Assembly: GCA_950097015.1 (NCBI GenBank)
Contig: CATNEN010000033.1
Coordinates: 806,001-870,000 of the forward strand
Origin: Macrostomum hystrix
Lineage: Eukaryota > Animalia > Platyhelminthes
DNA length: 64,000 nt
Direction: 5' to 3'
The translations under genes and the position numbers were made by a program. Numbering within the stretch: the stretch's first letter is position 1; each line of letters opens with the position of its first letter. Positions 13,206 to 24,945 of the stretch are shown piece by piece. The notes beneath the pieces were generated by a model. It saw only the letters and a list, made by a program, of their open reading frames with translations. It ran no database searches and was not told where the DNA came from.

Positions 13206-13634
13206 ATGAATCTGCCGCTGCTGATGCTGCCGTTGCTGCTTCTGGCCAGCCTTGCCGATGCCGATAGCGACGCCAGGAAGGATCAGGCACAGGAGCGAGC
13301 CTGCCTGTCAGTCCGGGCGCTGGTCTGGCCCAGATTTATCGGCGGCAAGCGGGACAGTCTGCAGATCTTCACCAAGGGTCTGCAATCCGATGGCACCTGC
13401 CAGTTCAACTTCTTCTCGGAGGCGGCGGGCAAGAAATTCCAGGTGGATCTCGACGGCTCCGGCTCCGGCCAGCATCCGGTGGCCTGCCGGAGCTGCCAGA
13501 GCCATGGCGGCTCCGAGATCTGCACCCCGGTGGTGGCCGACCAGCCGGCCGCCGAAGGCTGCGCGTACAAGGTGGACAATGGCTGCAAGCTAGTCAGCGT
13601 GAAGGCTGACGATTACACCAAGGCCTGTCCATGA
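13206..13634 (+). CDS. Small secreted cysteine-rich protein (142 aa, 8 Cys), paralogue B
   Basis: ATG, Leu-rich signal-peptide-like N-terminus (LPLLMLPLLLLASLADA), AATAAA at 13722-13727, clear homology to 4174-4575. Confidence 0.88.
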   Translation: MNLPLLMLPLLLLASLADADSDARKDQAQERACLSVRALVWPRFIGGKRDSLQIFTKGLQSDGTCQFNFFSEAAGKKFQVDLDGSGSGQHPVACRSCQSHGGSEICTPVVADQPAAEGCAYKVDNGCKLVSVKADDYTKACP

Positions 13635-13811
13635 GAGCCACTCTATTGGAACTCTTGACTGGCCGAGTGTCTGAGAGCTGGCTCAGGCATCTGAACTGTG
13701 TAGTTGTTGGATCTGGGAGGAAATAAAGTCGAAAGTGACTATTGATTCAGATTGACATTAGCAGACTTGGTTCTTTTTTTTCAACATGCGACTTTTATAT
13801 TCACTCAGTGA

Positions 13812-14750
13812 CAAAGACAGAATCGCAGCTGGAGTCGTAGCTAGAATCGCAGCAGGAGTCGTAGCTAGAATCGCAGCAGGACTCGAAGCTAGAATCGCAG
13901 CTGGAGTCGTAGCTAGAATCACAGCAGGACCCGTAGCTAGAATCGCAGCAGGACCTGAAGCTAGAATCGCAGCAGGACTCGAAGCTAGAATCGCAGCAGG
14001 AGTCGTAGCTTGAATCGCAGCAGGACCTGAAGCTAGAATCGCAGCAGGACTCGAAGCTAGAATCACAGCAGGACCCGTAGCTAGAATCGCAGCAGGACCT
14101 GAAGCTAGAATCGCAGCAGGACTCGAAGCTAGAATCGCAGCAGGAGTCGTAGCTAGAATCACAGCAGGACCCGTAGCTAGAATCGCAGCAGGCGTCGTAG
14201 CTAGAATCACAGCAGGACCCGTAGCTAGAATCGCAGCAGGACCTGAAGCTAGAATCGCAGCAGGACTCGAAGCTAGAATCGCAGCAGGAGTCGTAGCTAG
14301 AATCGCAGCAGGAGTCGTAGCTAGAATCGCAGCAGGACTCGAAGCTAGAATCGCAGCAGGACTCGAAGCTAGAATCGCAGCAGGAGTCGTAGCTAGAATC
14401 GCAGCAGGAGTCGTAGCTAGAATCGCAGCAGGACTCGAAGCTAGAATCGCAGCAGGACCTGAAGCTAGAATCGCAGCAGGAGTCGTAGCTAGAATCGCAG
14501 CAGGACTCGAAGCTAGAATCGCAGCAGGACTCGAAGCTAGAATCGCAGCAGGACCTGAAGCTAGAATCACAGCAGGACCCGTAGCTAGAATCGCAGCAGG
14601 ACCTGAAGCTAGAATCGCAGCAGGAGTCGTAGCTAGAATCGCAGCAGGACTCGAAGCTAGAATCGCAGCAGGACCTGAAGCTAGAATCGCAGCAGGACCT
14701 GAAGCTAGAATCGCGATAGGTTGCGCAGTTAGAATCGCAGCAGGAGTCGT
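13812..14750. repeat. 24-bp minisatellite (GCTAGAATCGCAGCAGGACTCGAA and variants)
   Basis: Read directly; explains the ILATTPAA ORF. Confidence 0.95.
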
Positions 14751-15496
14751 AGGTTAAATTTCATATGGATCCGTAGTTGGAATCGTAGCTAGAGTCGTGG
14801 GTATCGTCGCAGGAGTCACAGCTGGAATTTGCTTGAATTTCTGAATTCCGCATAATTCTCAACCAGCTACTCTAGCAATGCTACTCGCAAAAGTAGTGCA
14901 GTTTGCGCGTGTCTTCTTTCATGTTATTTTTTTCGCCCTTAATTGGCGTGACACCTGAAAGGCGGGGGGCCTAAAGCACATGAAGGAGGAGTGACAACTG
15001 CTCAAGGCGATGAAGAGGCAAGTGAATGCAGTCGAGTGGGGTGCGGGCTGAAACTAAAGTATTTCTTCCCGGGCCATCGTGTCACCTGCCTCAGCTAGCA
15101 ACCCAGGCGTCTACAAAAGACAATTGCTGCCTTCAGGCGAGACCCTTAACTCTCTGTCCTATCGTGCTCAAAGTATGCTCAATCGCTTTTTAGTCTTCTG
15201 TCTGCGCTGCGTTCTCACAAACTTTCCCTGCGACCTGCCTGGCTGCTAGCTTCTAGGAGATGGTCTCCCGGTTCAGTTCTGCAGCCCCGGGGGTGGTGTT
15301 GGACTTTCTGTCGGCTTTGGTCACGCGGATGTGGAATTGTAATTAGTGAAAGCATGGCACGCCTTGGTCCCTGTGAATTTGGTCTTTACCAAAAAGTATT
15401 CTACGCCACTTTTTTTTGACTGGCGTTGAGAATGGTTGTGTGAATCTTTTAAAGTGGGTGTAACCTTTTGCCTCACTAAATCTGCGACGCCAATGC

Positions 15497-15540
<44 letters not shown>

Positions 15541-16155
15541 TGAGACTCGGATGGGGAGAGGTGGTGGTACACGCAATGAGCAGAAATGTTTGAGCTGATT
15601 CAAGGCCCAAGGATGACTGATGCCATGAGTCTTGGGAGGGTGGAGGCAGAAGCGTTCCTCATCATGGGATAACAAAAGCGGGTTCAGCTTCCCTCACTAT
15701 TTTTTTTATTGCCAATTTTTCCTCACCGTGAGGGGCTGAATTCTGGGAATGGAGGGGGATGTTGTTGTTCACGCGCTTGAAGGGGATTCTGCTGCTGAGC
15801 CTGGGATAGCAGCTCAAGTGTTACAGGCACCCGCAGACACGCAGGGGGGAGGGGTTCTCGTTCCACCCTCTCTCTGTCTCTGCTCCAACCCGCCGCTTTC
15901 TCTTCACGGCCTCCAAATGGTGTATAAGCTGCTTGCTCGGCTGCGGTGTCAGACGGTGGCGGCGCTTCGTTTAGTAGGCCGCCGCTACGGCACCGAAATG
16001 AATGCGCCTGTCTGGTGTGGGGTTTGCCCGCTCATTCCCCCAGCTGTCACTTGTTTGCCCGATATGGGACACGGGTTCGTGTCTCCATGGCTTGAATTTC
16101 AATGCTGCGTGGAGGCGGGCCTATTGCCGAATACTAACTAACATTAGCTAGTATG

Positions 16156-17566
16156 CTCCTGCTGCGATTCTAGCTTCGATTCTTGTTCTTAAACTGATTC
16201 TAGCTTCGATTCTTGTACATGCATTGATTCTAGCTTGGGTTCTTGTACTTGCACTGATTCTAGCTTCGATTCTTGTACTTGCACTGATTCTAGCTTCGAT
16301 TCTTGTACTTGCACTGATTCTAGCTTCGATTCTTGTACTTGCACTGATTCTAGCTTCGATTCTTATTCTCGCTTAGATTCTAGCTTCGATTCTTGTACTT
16401 GCACTGATTCTAGTTTGGATTCTTGTACTTGCACTGATTCTAGCTTCGATTCTTGTACTTGCACTGATTCTAGCTTCGATTCTTGTACTTGCACTGATTC
16501 TAGCTTCGATTCTTGTACTTGCACTGATTCTAGCTTCGATTCTTATTCTCGCTTAGATTCTAGCTTCGATTCTTGTACTTGCACTGATTCTAGTTTGGAT
16601 TCTTGTACTTGCACTGATTCTAGCTTCGATTCTTGTACTTGCATTGATTCTAGCTTGGGTTCTTGTACTAGCACTGATTCTAGCTTCGATTCTTGTATTT
16701 GCACTGATTCTAGCTTCGATTCTTGTACTTGCACTGATTCTAGCTTCGATTCTTGTACTTGCACTGATTCTAGCTTCGATTCTTATTCTCGCTTAGATTC
16801 TAGCTTCGATTCTTGTACTTGCACTGATTCTAGCTTCGATTCTTGTACTTGCACTGATTCTAGCTTCGATTCTTGTACTTGCACTGATTCTAGCTTCGAT
16901 TCTTGTACTTGCACTGATTCTAGCTTCGATTCTTGTACTTGCACTGGTTCTAGCTTCGATTCTTATTCTCACTTAGATTATAGCTTCAATTCTTATACTT
17001 GCACTGATTCTAGTTTGGATTCTTGTACTTGCACTGATTCTATCTTGGATTGTTGTACTTGCACTGATTCTATCTTGGATTGTTGTACTTGCACTGATTC
17101 TAGCTTTGATTCTTGTACTTGCACTGATTCTAGCTTCGATTCTTGTACTTGCACTGATTCTATCTTGGATTGTTGTACTTGCACTGATTCTAGCTTTGAT
17201 TCTTGTACTTGCATTGATTCTAGCTTTGATTCTTGTACTTGCACTGATTCTAGCTTCGATTCTTGTACTTGCACTGATTCTAGCTTCGATTCTTGTACTT
17301 GCACTGGTTCTAGCTTCGATTCTTATTCTCACTTAGATTATAGCTTCAATTCTTATACTTGCACTGATTCTAGTTTGGATTCTTGTACTTGCACTGATTC
17401 TATCTTGGATTCTTGTACTTGCACTGATTCTATCTTGGATTGTTGTACTTGCACTGATTCTAGCTTCGATTCTTGTACTTGCACTGATTCTAGCTTCGAT
17501 TCTTGTACTTGCATTGATTCTAGCTTTGATTCTTGTACTTGCACTGATTCTAGCTTCGATTCTTGT
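16156..17566. repeat. 30-bp minisatellite (TAGCTTCGATTCTTGTACTTGCACTGATTC), inverted relative of the 24-bp array
   Basis: Read directly; 16156-16179 is the exact reverse complement of a 24-bp unit variant. Confidence 0.95.
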
Positions 17567-17994
17567 TGATTTTGGCAGCATATTCTGCAGTACAATTTTT
17601 CCGTCAGTTTATAGTACGGGTGACACAGGCCACTCCAGCCCTGTCCCCCCGTCTCTTCCTGACCTCCGCTCTCATTCGAATTCGAAAAGCTCTCGGGCGA
17701 GCTTCAAAAGCGCAACACGCAATGCCAAAAAAATTTTTGCGTCTTAACACGAACCTTTTCGCTGGCCGTCAGACAGCACCGGCTGACTGGCCGCTCATGA
17801 CATGTCACTAGGAAATGGGACACCCGCTTCCTCTTTCTCTCCCTCTCTTCCTTGCCCTCTCGCTGCTCTCAACTACGAGTCCTAATCTTAGTGGCCCTTA
17901 GCCATGTATTTTAATAGTATTTTTATGACGAAATCTCAGATTCTTTCTCCCTTTCTTCTTTCTAATTAATTATATTGCCCTTAGTCAGTGGATG

Positions 17995-18435
17995 TTCAGT
18001 CACGTGACTGCATGAGTCATTGGGTGCTAAGCCACGTGACTGCATGAGTCATTAGATGCTAAGCCACGTGACTGCATGAGTCTTTAGGTGATAAGCCACG
18101 TGACTGCATGAGTTATTAGATGCTAAGCCACGTGACTGCATGAGTCATTGGGTGCTAAGTCACGTGACTGCATGAGTCATTAGATGCTAAGCCACGTGAC
18201 TGCATGAGTCATTAGATGCTAAGCCACGTGACTGCATGAGTCATTAGATGCTAAGTCACGTGACTGCATGAGTCATTAGGTACTAAGTCACGTGACTGCA
18301 TGAGTCATTGGGTGCTAAGTCACGTGACTGCATGAGTCATTAGATGCTAAGCCACGTGACTGCATGAGTCTTTAGGTGATAAGCCACGTGACTGCATGAG
18401 TCATTAGGTACTAAGTCACGTGACTGCATGAGTCA
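17995..18435. repeat. 32-bp minisatellite (GCCACGTGACTGCATGAGTCATTAGATGCTAA), ~13 units
   Basis: Read directly; each unit carries CACGTG and nearly all carry TGAGTCA. Confidence 0.95.
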
Positions 18436-18998
18436 CTTGTTGCTTAGTGACGTGTCCGAAAAATTATTCATGGTTAAGTCACGTGATTTAACATCAGTTT
18501 ATGGCTCCTTTGGTTCTTCGTTAATAAAATCGATTAATTTTTTAAACTTGCTTCGGACACTGCATTTCAATGTGTATTTATACGATTTAATCAGTGCAGG
18601 TGCAATGCTATGTACATAGGACTCTATAATATAAATAAATAGCATGAATAGGGACGGATAGAGAGACCTTTTTCTATCAGGCAAATCGATGATTCTCTGT
18701 GAAGAAATGTGACAAACATATTTCAAATGATCACATCCAAAGGTTAACTGTTGCTTGTATCGAAAAACGAATTCATAGAGACTTATAATTACCCTTGGAT
18801 TGGGTTTAGGATTTAGTGCGAAACTAGCGTCATTCGAAATTTAAATTCGCGACAAATGAATACAATTCTCGAGTCTCCCGAGTGACCGAGAGATCATCAA
18901 ATATCGATAGAAAAATTAGCACAAATGCCCCGACAACTATTATTTCTCCTTTCCGATTTCCAGAAACACCAAACGCACTCCATTATCTACAAGAGAAT

Positions 18999-21959
18999 CT
19001 AGGATAGCTGGTGACCAAGAAAAGGAGAGCTCAGCGCCAACAGAAGCTGCTGCTGCTGCTGCTGCTGCTGCTGATGCTGAGCGATCGCGGCGAGGCTCAG
19101 CAGCTGCAGCTGGTGCTGGTGCAGGTGCAGGTGCTGGTGCTGCTGGAGCTGCTGGTGCTGGTGATAGGCTACGGGCCGCCTGCGCTGGTAGGGCGCCAGT
19201 CGGTGGTGGTGGTGGTGGTGATGGTCGTCTTCGCAGCCCGGAGAGCCGACGCCGCCGCAGCGAGCGGCTGCTGCAGGCGAGTCGAAGGCCGCCTGGTCCT
19301 GCCTGACCCGGTCCAGCATGCCGAGCAGCTTCTTGATGGCGCCCTGGGTGAACTGCTCAGCCTCCAGGTCCGTCCTGTCCAAGCTGAGCAGCCTGTCGAA
19401 GCTGAACTTCTTCAGCCTGTCGTGGTACTTGTGCATGCGGTGTGCCTTCAGCCAGGTCAGCAGCTTGGCGCTGTAGTCTGGCCTGTTGAGGATCCGGAAG
19501 AGTAATAGTAATCAATATACTAAAAAAGAAGTGTCTATCCATATGTATTGTATAAAAATAATTATTATCACATTATTTGCACATCATTTGGTGATCACAG
19601 TAGACCCGCAGCCAGCGAGGAGGCAATTCTGCCAATTTCGATGACTCCTGAGCACACACGCACGCAGACACCATACGCAGACATCCGCTCACACAGGTGT
19701 GTGCATCTGCTCAGACTTTCTCATCGTCAGGCAGTGTACACTCTCTCTGTGCCCTGGAGGTTGGCCCTCAAGAGCGTAAATTGCACGACAAGCCCCCAAG
19801 CCTTCTCTCCGAGGCGGCGTCCCAAATGAATGTGGCCTCGCTGCGGAATCGAGCTCAGGGACCTTGGTGCGAGAGGCAAACGCGTTAACCGCTCTGCCAC
19901 CGACCCCCTGACGATCTGGAAGGTCACCCTTGAATAAGTTTTCAATGCTCAAGCTGCCAGGCTTTGAAGCACAGGCTCATGGAGTTGCCTACCCGGTTTT
20001 CGGCTCGATTGCCGATTTAGTCGGCGAAGTCGTCGGCTTAGTCGAGGTCGTCGGTTGACCGGAGGAGGCAATCGTCGACTGAGCAGGCGGCGACTTCAAA
20101 GGCTGCGTCGGCGCAGGCAGACGATGTTGGGGCAGCGGCAGCGGCAGCGACGGCGGCGGCTGCGGCTGCAGCGGGTGCAGAATTGCGAGACCTGGCGATC
20201 AATGATCGGAAAGAAATCCATTAACAGTAGAAATTTATACGATAGCCAAATGACCGATTATCGTGAAGGTCCACCGTACGGATCAACATTTTCCACCCTT
20301 TACGATGAACTAACTTTCAAATTCGCCCGACGTCAGCATCGTTGAATATCTCGACGATGCAGATGCTTAGTCATTCTGAACACTGTTTCGTCGTATAGAG
20401 CGGAAAATTTTAGCCCGATTTCTGCATTTTCGTAGTGTTTGATTGATTCAATATTGTGTGAGATGCAGAATAAAGGAAATGTGGGTATTTGAAATAAGAC
20501 TTTGCGGGGAAAATTAGCGAGAGTATTTATTTCCAGTCATAAATATGTCCAATTGCGATGGTTACGATAAAATTCAGAACCGCATGAGGGGTTTAAAAAT
20601 CAATAATTTTTCTGCTAGAAAAGCATCAAGGGAATTTTTTGAGTGACAGCGCCATTAAGATTTTACTCATCTGGGGACACGGAGCAGAACTTGAGTAAGA
20701 TCTTGGCTATCAGTCTTGGCTGTAAATCGTTTCTTTTCCTAAAATGCATAATTTTCCATAGAAGTGGAGAATGGGTAAATTTGCCGAACCGGTAACAAAG
20801 AGGACTCAAAACAGAACCGCCTCGCGAAAGAAGAAAAGGCTGGATTTGATGAGCGCAGGTTAAATTGGGGCTAGATGAGTTGCCACGTGTTTCTAGTCGG
20901 TGTAATTAACGAGTTCGTTGGAGGCCTCAATCTGGTGCCTCCGCCCGCGCGGCTCGAGTCTCGAGACTGCAGAGGCTAATGAGCTCGCATAGCGTGCGAG
21001 ACCAGCCTCGAGAAAGTTGCTCTCCGCTTTCGCGTTTACTTCTTCTAGAGGGAGGGATGGAATTGGGCGATTTTGTTGGAAAGGAAAGTGGGAGAAAGTG
21101 AGCGCGGGGACTAGAATCCCAGACTTCTTATTTTATTTGTTTCTCTTTCTGCGTGTCTGTCTGTTTGGTCATTTGGATCTCAGGCCCAATCAAATTTCGT
21201 GCCACAAACTGAATTCTAGGAATGTCACACCAAAGATTGACTGGAAACTGAAATGGCTGAATGGGAATTCACTCCCTGATGGAAAGTCACTCGCTGATAG
21301 CAAGTCACTCCCCGATAGCAAGTCACCCTGATAGAAAGTCACTTGCTGATAGAAAGTCACACCCTGATAGAAATTCACTCCCAGATAGCAACTCACTCCC
21401 TCATAGAAAGTCACTCCCCGATAGCATGTCACTCCCCGCAAGCAAGTCACTCCCTCATAGAAAGTCACTCCCCGATACCAAGTCACTTCACGATAGAAAT
21501 TCACTCCCTGATAGAAATTCACTCCCAGATAGCAACTCACTCCCTCATAGAAAGTCACTCCCCGATACCAAGTCACTCCCCGCAAGCAAGTCACTCCCTC
21601 ATAGAAAGTCACTCCCCGATACCAAGTCACTCCACGATAGAAAGTCACTCCCTGATAGAAAGTCACTCGGCAAACTCACCAGCCGTGGCTAGTAGGGCCT
21701 GCTGCTGCTGCTGCTGCTGCTGTGAGTTTTGCAACACGGCCAGTTGGCTACCGAGACTCCCAAAGTTTGCTTGGGCTTGTGAGAAATATGCCGCCGCAGC
21801 CGCAGCTGCCGCCGTTGCAGCCGATGGTGGCAGCTGCGCCAGCATCAAATGCTGCGGCGACTGCGGCTGAGGAAACGCTGCGAAGAGCGGATTCTGCTGC
21901 TGCTGCTGCGAGCTAGCCAGCACGGCTGGTGTTGGGTACAACAGCTGGGGTCCATTCAT
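18999..21959 (-). CDS. Smaug/Vts1-type SAM-domain protein, 320 aa; exons 21959-21680, 20191-19993, 19482-18999
   Basis: GT-AG junctions with compatible phases (280+199+484=963 nt). Exon 3 encodes LLTWLKAHRMHKYHDRLKKFSFDRLLSLDRTDLEAEQFTQGAIKKLLGMLDRVR, matching the Smaug/Vts1 WLKxxRLHKY...GA pattern. An upstream in-frame ATG at 21980 is also possible. Confidence 0.8.
19579..19908 (-). mobile_element. tRNA-derived SINE, family 1, inside intron 2 of the SAM gene
   Basis: Reverse-complement match to 45010-45382 over ~330 bp. Confidence 0.88.
21265..21668. repeat. 18-bp minisatellite (GATAGAAAGTCACTCCCC) in intron 1 of the SAM gene
   Basis: Read directly. Confidence 0.9.
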
Positions 21960-22345
21960 GGAATAAAACTGTAATTGCATTCTATTTTAAAATTAGTGGC
22001 GCTCGCTTTCTACAGCTCCGCCAAATATGGCTAAATTTGCAGTGGTTTAGCAGGTGGCTTAATATATGAAACTCGTATAACAGCTTCTAAACAATGCGAG
22101 ACACTGTTCTCTCTGCCTTTAAATTCAACAAAAGCTGAATAGAATTTCTCAAAGAACAGCGAGCGGCACGAGGGCAAAGCCTGAAGAGGTCAGGTTAGGA
22201 GTGAAAGCTGGTTGGTTGCTGGGGGGTTGGCTAGAGACTGCATTTCTTATTGAACGGTCGCTCATTGGCCAGCCTTAACTAAGCCACACTGTTGACTCAT
22301 CTACGAGGAGGACTAATTCATTATTATAATTTCACCCCCCTACAA

Positions 22346-22600
22346 GGAGGTTGTAGCCAAGTGGTTAGAGCGTCGGACTCACGACTTAAAGGTCGGGGGT
22401 TCGATTCCCGGCTCCACTAGAACAATTTGTGTCCTATAGCAAGACACTTAACTCTGTATTGCTTCAGTTCACCCAGCTGTTAAATGGGTACCAGCATTAG
22501 CTGGGGTAATTGAAGGTGGGTGTGGCATCGCCCAGTCCATGGACTGAACAGTTGTACGCAGCCTTCAGATATTCTCAAACGCCCAGCTGGATTGCAGCTT
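22346..22600 (+). mobile_element. tRNA-derived SINE, family 2, with CORE-like central domain
   Basis: A/B-box head (TAGCCAAGTGG...GGTTCGATTCCC) followed by GCAAGACACTTAACTCT...CAGTT...CTGTTAAATGGG, resembling the CORE-SINE consensus; related copies at 55592-55770 and 38835-38900. Confidence 0.7.
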
Positions 22601-23212
22601 ATTTTATGTTAATTATTTTGGCACAGTTTAGGCTGTGCTTTTTAATTAATCAAATGCTGCCGAAAAATGCTGTAAAATTACAAATGGAATTTTAGTGTCA
22701 ACACCTTGAAGGAAGGAACTGCGTCACTGGGTGCCTCAGAAGGAAAACGGCTACACTGTTGTTTCTGGTCTCATAATTAACCTGACCCACGCGGCCATTT
22801 CATAGGTTATAAGTCCCACCTGAGTTAATAAAAAATGTTTCCTTTTCAAAAAAGCTAAAATTCTGTCTACAGTGCGCAGATTTCGCACCCCACGCCAAGC
22901 AGTGTGGGGCTAATTTATATTCGTTTGCATGAATTCTAGGATTCTTACTTTGTAACTCTGCAATTCTGCTTCACTATTTGGTGGCAGCATAGGCTGGCTT
23001 AACTTGCTTTGATTTGCATGCTATTATAATTTGCTAAATAAGTTATGACCTCAGAAGGGCTAAGCTATTCTCATGAGAGACGGCAACTAAGAAATGAGCG
23101 GCCACTTTGAACTCTTGCTGCTGCCTTTGAAGAGATCACTGTAAGATATTATTATAAGGATCTAGACTAGCCATTCCATTTAGACAAGATGTGCTATCCA
23201 ACATTTGGTCTG

Positions 23213-24100
23213 GTTCTGTCATTCCCTTCATTCCCCTCATTCTGTCATCCCATTGTCTAGATCTCCCCTCATTCTGTTATCCCAATGTCTAGTTCTCCCC
23301 TCATTCTGTCATCCCATTGTCTAGATCTCCCCTCATTATGTCATCCTATTGTCTAGTTCTCCCCTCATTCTGTCATCCCATTGTCTAGTTATCCCCTCAT
23401 TCTGTTATCCCATTGTCTAGTTTTCCCCTCATTCCGTTATCCAATTGTCTAGCTCTCCCCTCATTCTGTTATCCGATTCTCTAGTTCTCCCCTCATTCTG
23501 TCATCCCATTGTCTAGTTCTCCCCTCATTCTGTTATCACATTGTCTAGTTCTCCCCTCATTCTGTTATCCCAATGTCTAGTTCTCCCCTCATTCCGTTAT
23601 CCAATTGTCAAGTTCTCCCCTCATTCTGTTATCCTATTTCCTAGTTCTCCCCTCATTCTGTTATCCGATTCTCTAGTTCTCCCCTCATTCTGTTATCCGA
23701 TTCTCTAGTTCTCCCCTCATTCTGTTATCCTATTTCCTAGTTCTCCCCTCATTCTGTTATCCGATTCTCTAGTTCTCCCCTCATTCTGTCATCCGATTCT
23801 CTAGTTCTCCCCTCATTCTGTTATCCTATTTCCTAGTTCTCCCCTCATTCTGTTATCCCATTTCCTAGTTCTCCCCTCATTCTGTTATCCGATTCTCTAG
23901 TTCTCCCCTCATTCTGTTATCCTATTTCCTAGTTCTCCCCTCATTCTGTTATCCCATTTCCTAGTTCTCCCCTCATTCTGTTATCCTATTTCCTAGTTCT
24001 CCCCTCATTCTGTTATCCCATTTCCTAGTTCTCCCCTCATTCTGTTATCCCATTTCCTAGTTCTCCCCTTATTCTGTTATCCCATTTCCTAGTTCTCCCT
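23213..24100. repeat. 32-bp minisatellite (CCCCTCATTCTGTTATCCCATTTCCTAGTTCT)
   Basis: Read directly. Confidence 0.95.
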
Positions 24101-24589
24101 CACTATATCATTGTTATCCCCTCCGTAATTCATCCCATTCTATATTTCTCCCCGTATTCAAACATTCAGCCAACAATGTCATTATGCAGTTATGGTTTAT
24201 TGGTAATGAAGCATATTAGCGATCCGCTTTGTGCTACGCAATGCTCCAGCGCATGCGTCTGCCTTTATATCATGCCATTCCGTATGCGATTGTGCACGCC
24301 TCAAGCCGGGATAAATATGAAACAAAGGGATGCGAATAGAGAGAACTGAAGATGATATGGAGTGGCTGCTCGCGTAGCTACAACTGACAGATCATGTGAC
24401 TGATCTGGCACGGCTGCTTGCTCAACACACTGAGCTTTCAGCTGGGTTCGTGTGGTGAAGTGCTTCTCGAGTCTTGTTTATATTCTATATATGTTTTAAC
24501 CCAAGAATTAAGGATAACAGTTTTAAGGGATGCCACCCGATCTATTTTTTCCTCTAATCAATCAGAAAATCCACCTCTACCCATCAAAT

Positions 24590-24945
24590 CCATCAGATAA
24601 TCCGTCAGATAATCCATCTCTAAACTCTAATCTGTCAGATAATCCATCTGTAAACTCTGATCTGTCAGATAATCCATCTGTAAACTCTAATCCGTCAGAT
24701 AACCCATCTGTAAACTCTAATCTGTCAGATAATCCATCTCCAAACTCTAATCCGTCAGATAATCCATCTCTAAATTCTAGTCCGTCAGATAATCCATCTC
24801 TAAATTCTAGTCCGTCAGATAATCCATTTCTCCCCTCAAATCCGTCAGATAATCCATTTCTCCCCTTAAATCCGTCAGATAATCCATTTCTCCCCTTAAA
24901 TCCGTCAGATAATCCACCTCTAGACTCTAATCCCTCAGATAATCC
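24590..24945. repeat. 30-bp minisatellite (TCAGATAATCCATCTCTAAACTCTAATCCG)
   Basis: Read directly. Confidence 0.9.

Noticed and set aside
13340-13352. GGKR in paralogue B as a neuropeptide amidation/cleavage site
   Set aside because: Not conserved in paralogue A (GGVP) and it lies inside the Cys-bracketed domain.
15321-15480. KKSGVEYFLVKTKFTG resembling a chromodomain start
   Set aside because: It lacks the conserved Trp and downstream motif; the ORF is short and contains a microsatellite.
16235-17569. 444-aa Cys/Ser/Asp-rich ORF (DSSFDSCTCT)n resembling a metal-binding or adhesive protein
   Set aside because: It lies entirely within the 30-bp array, starts at TTG, has no signal peptide, and other frames are open too.
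22346-22417. Possible tRNA gene
   Set aside because: The acceptor and anticodon stems pair poorly and the sequence continues into a repeated SINE body.
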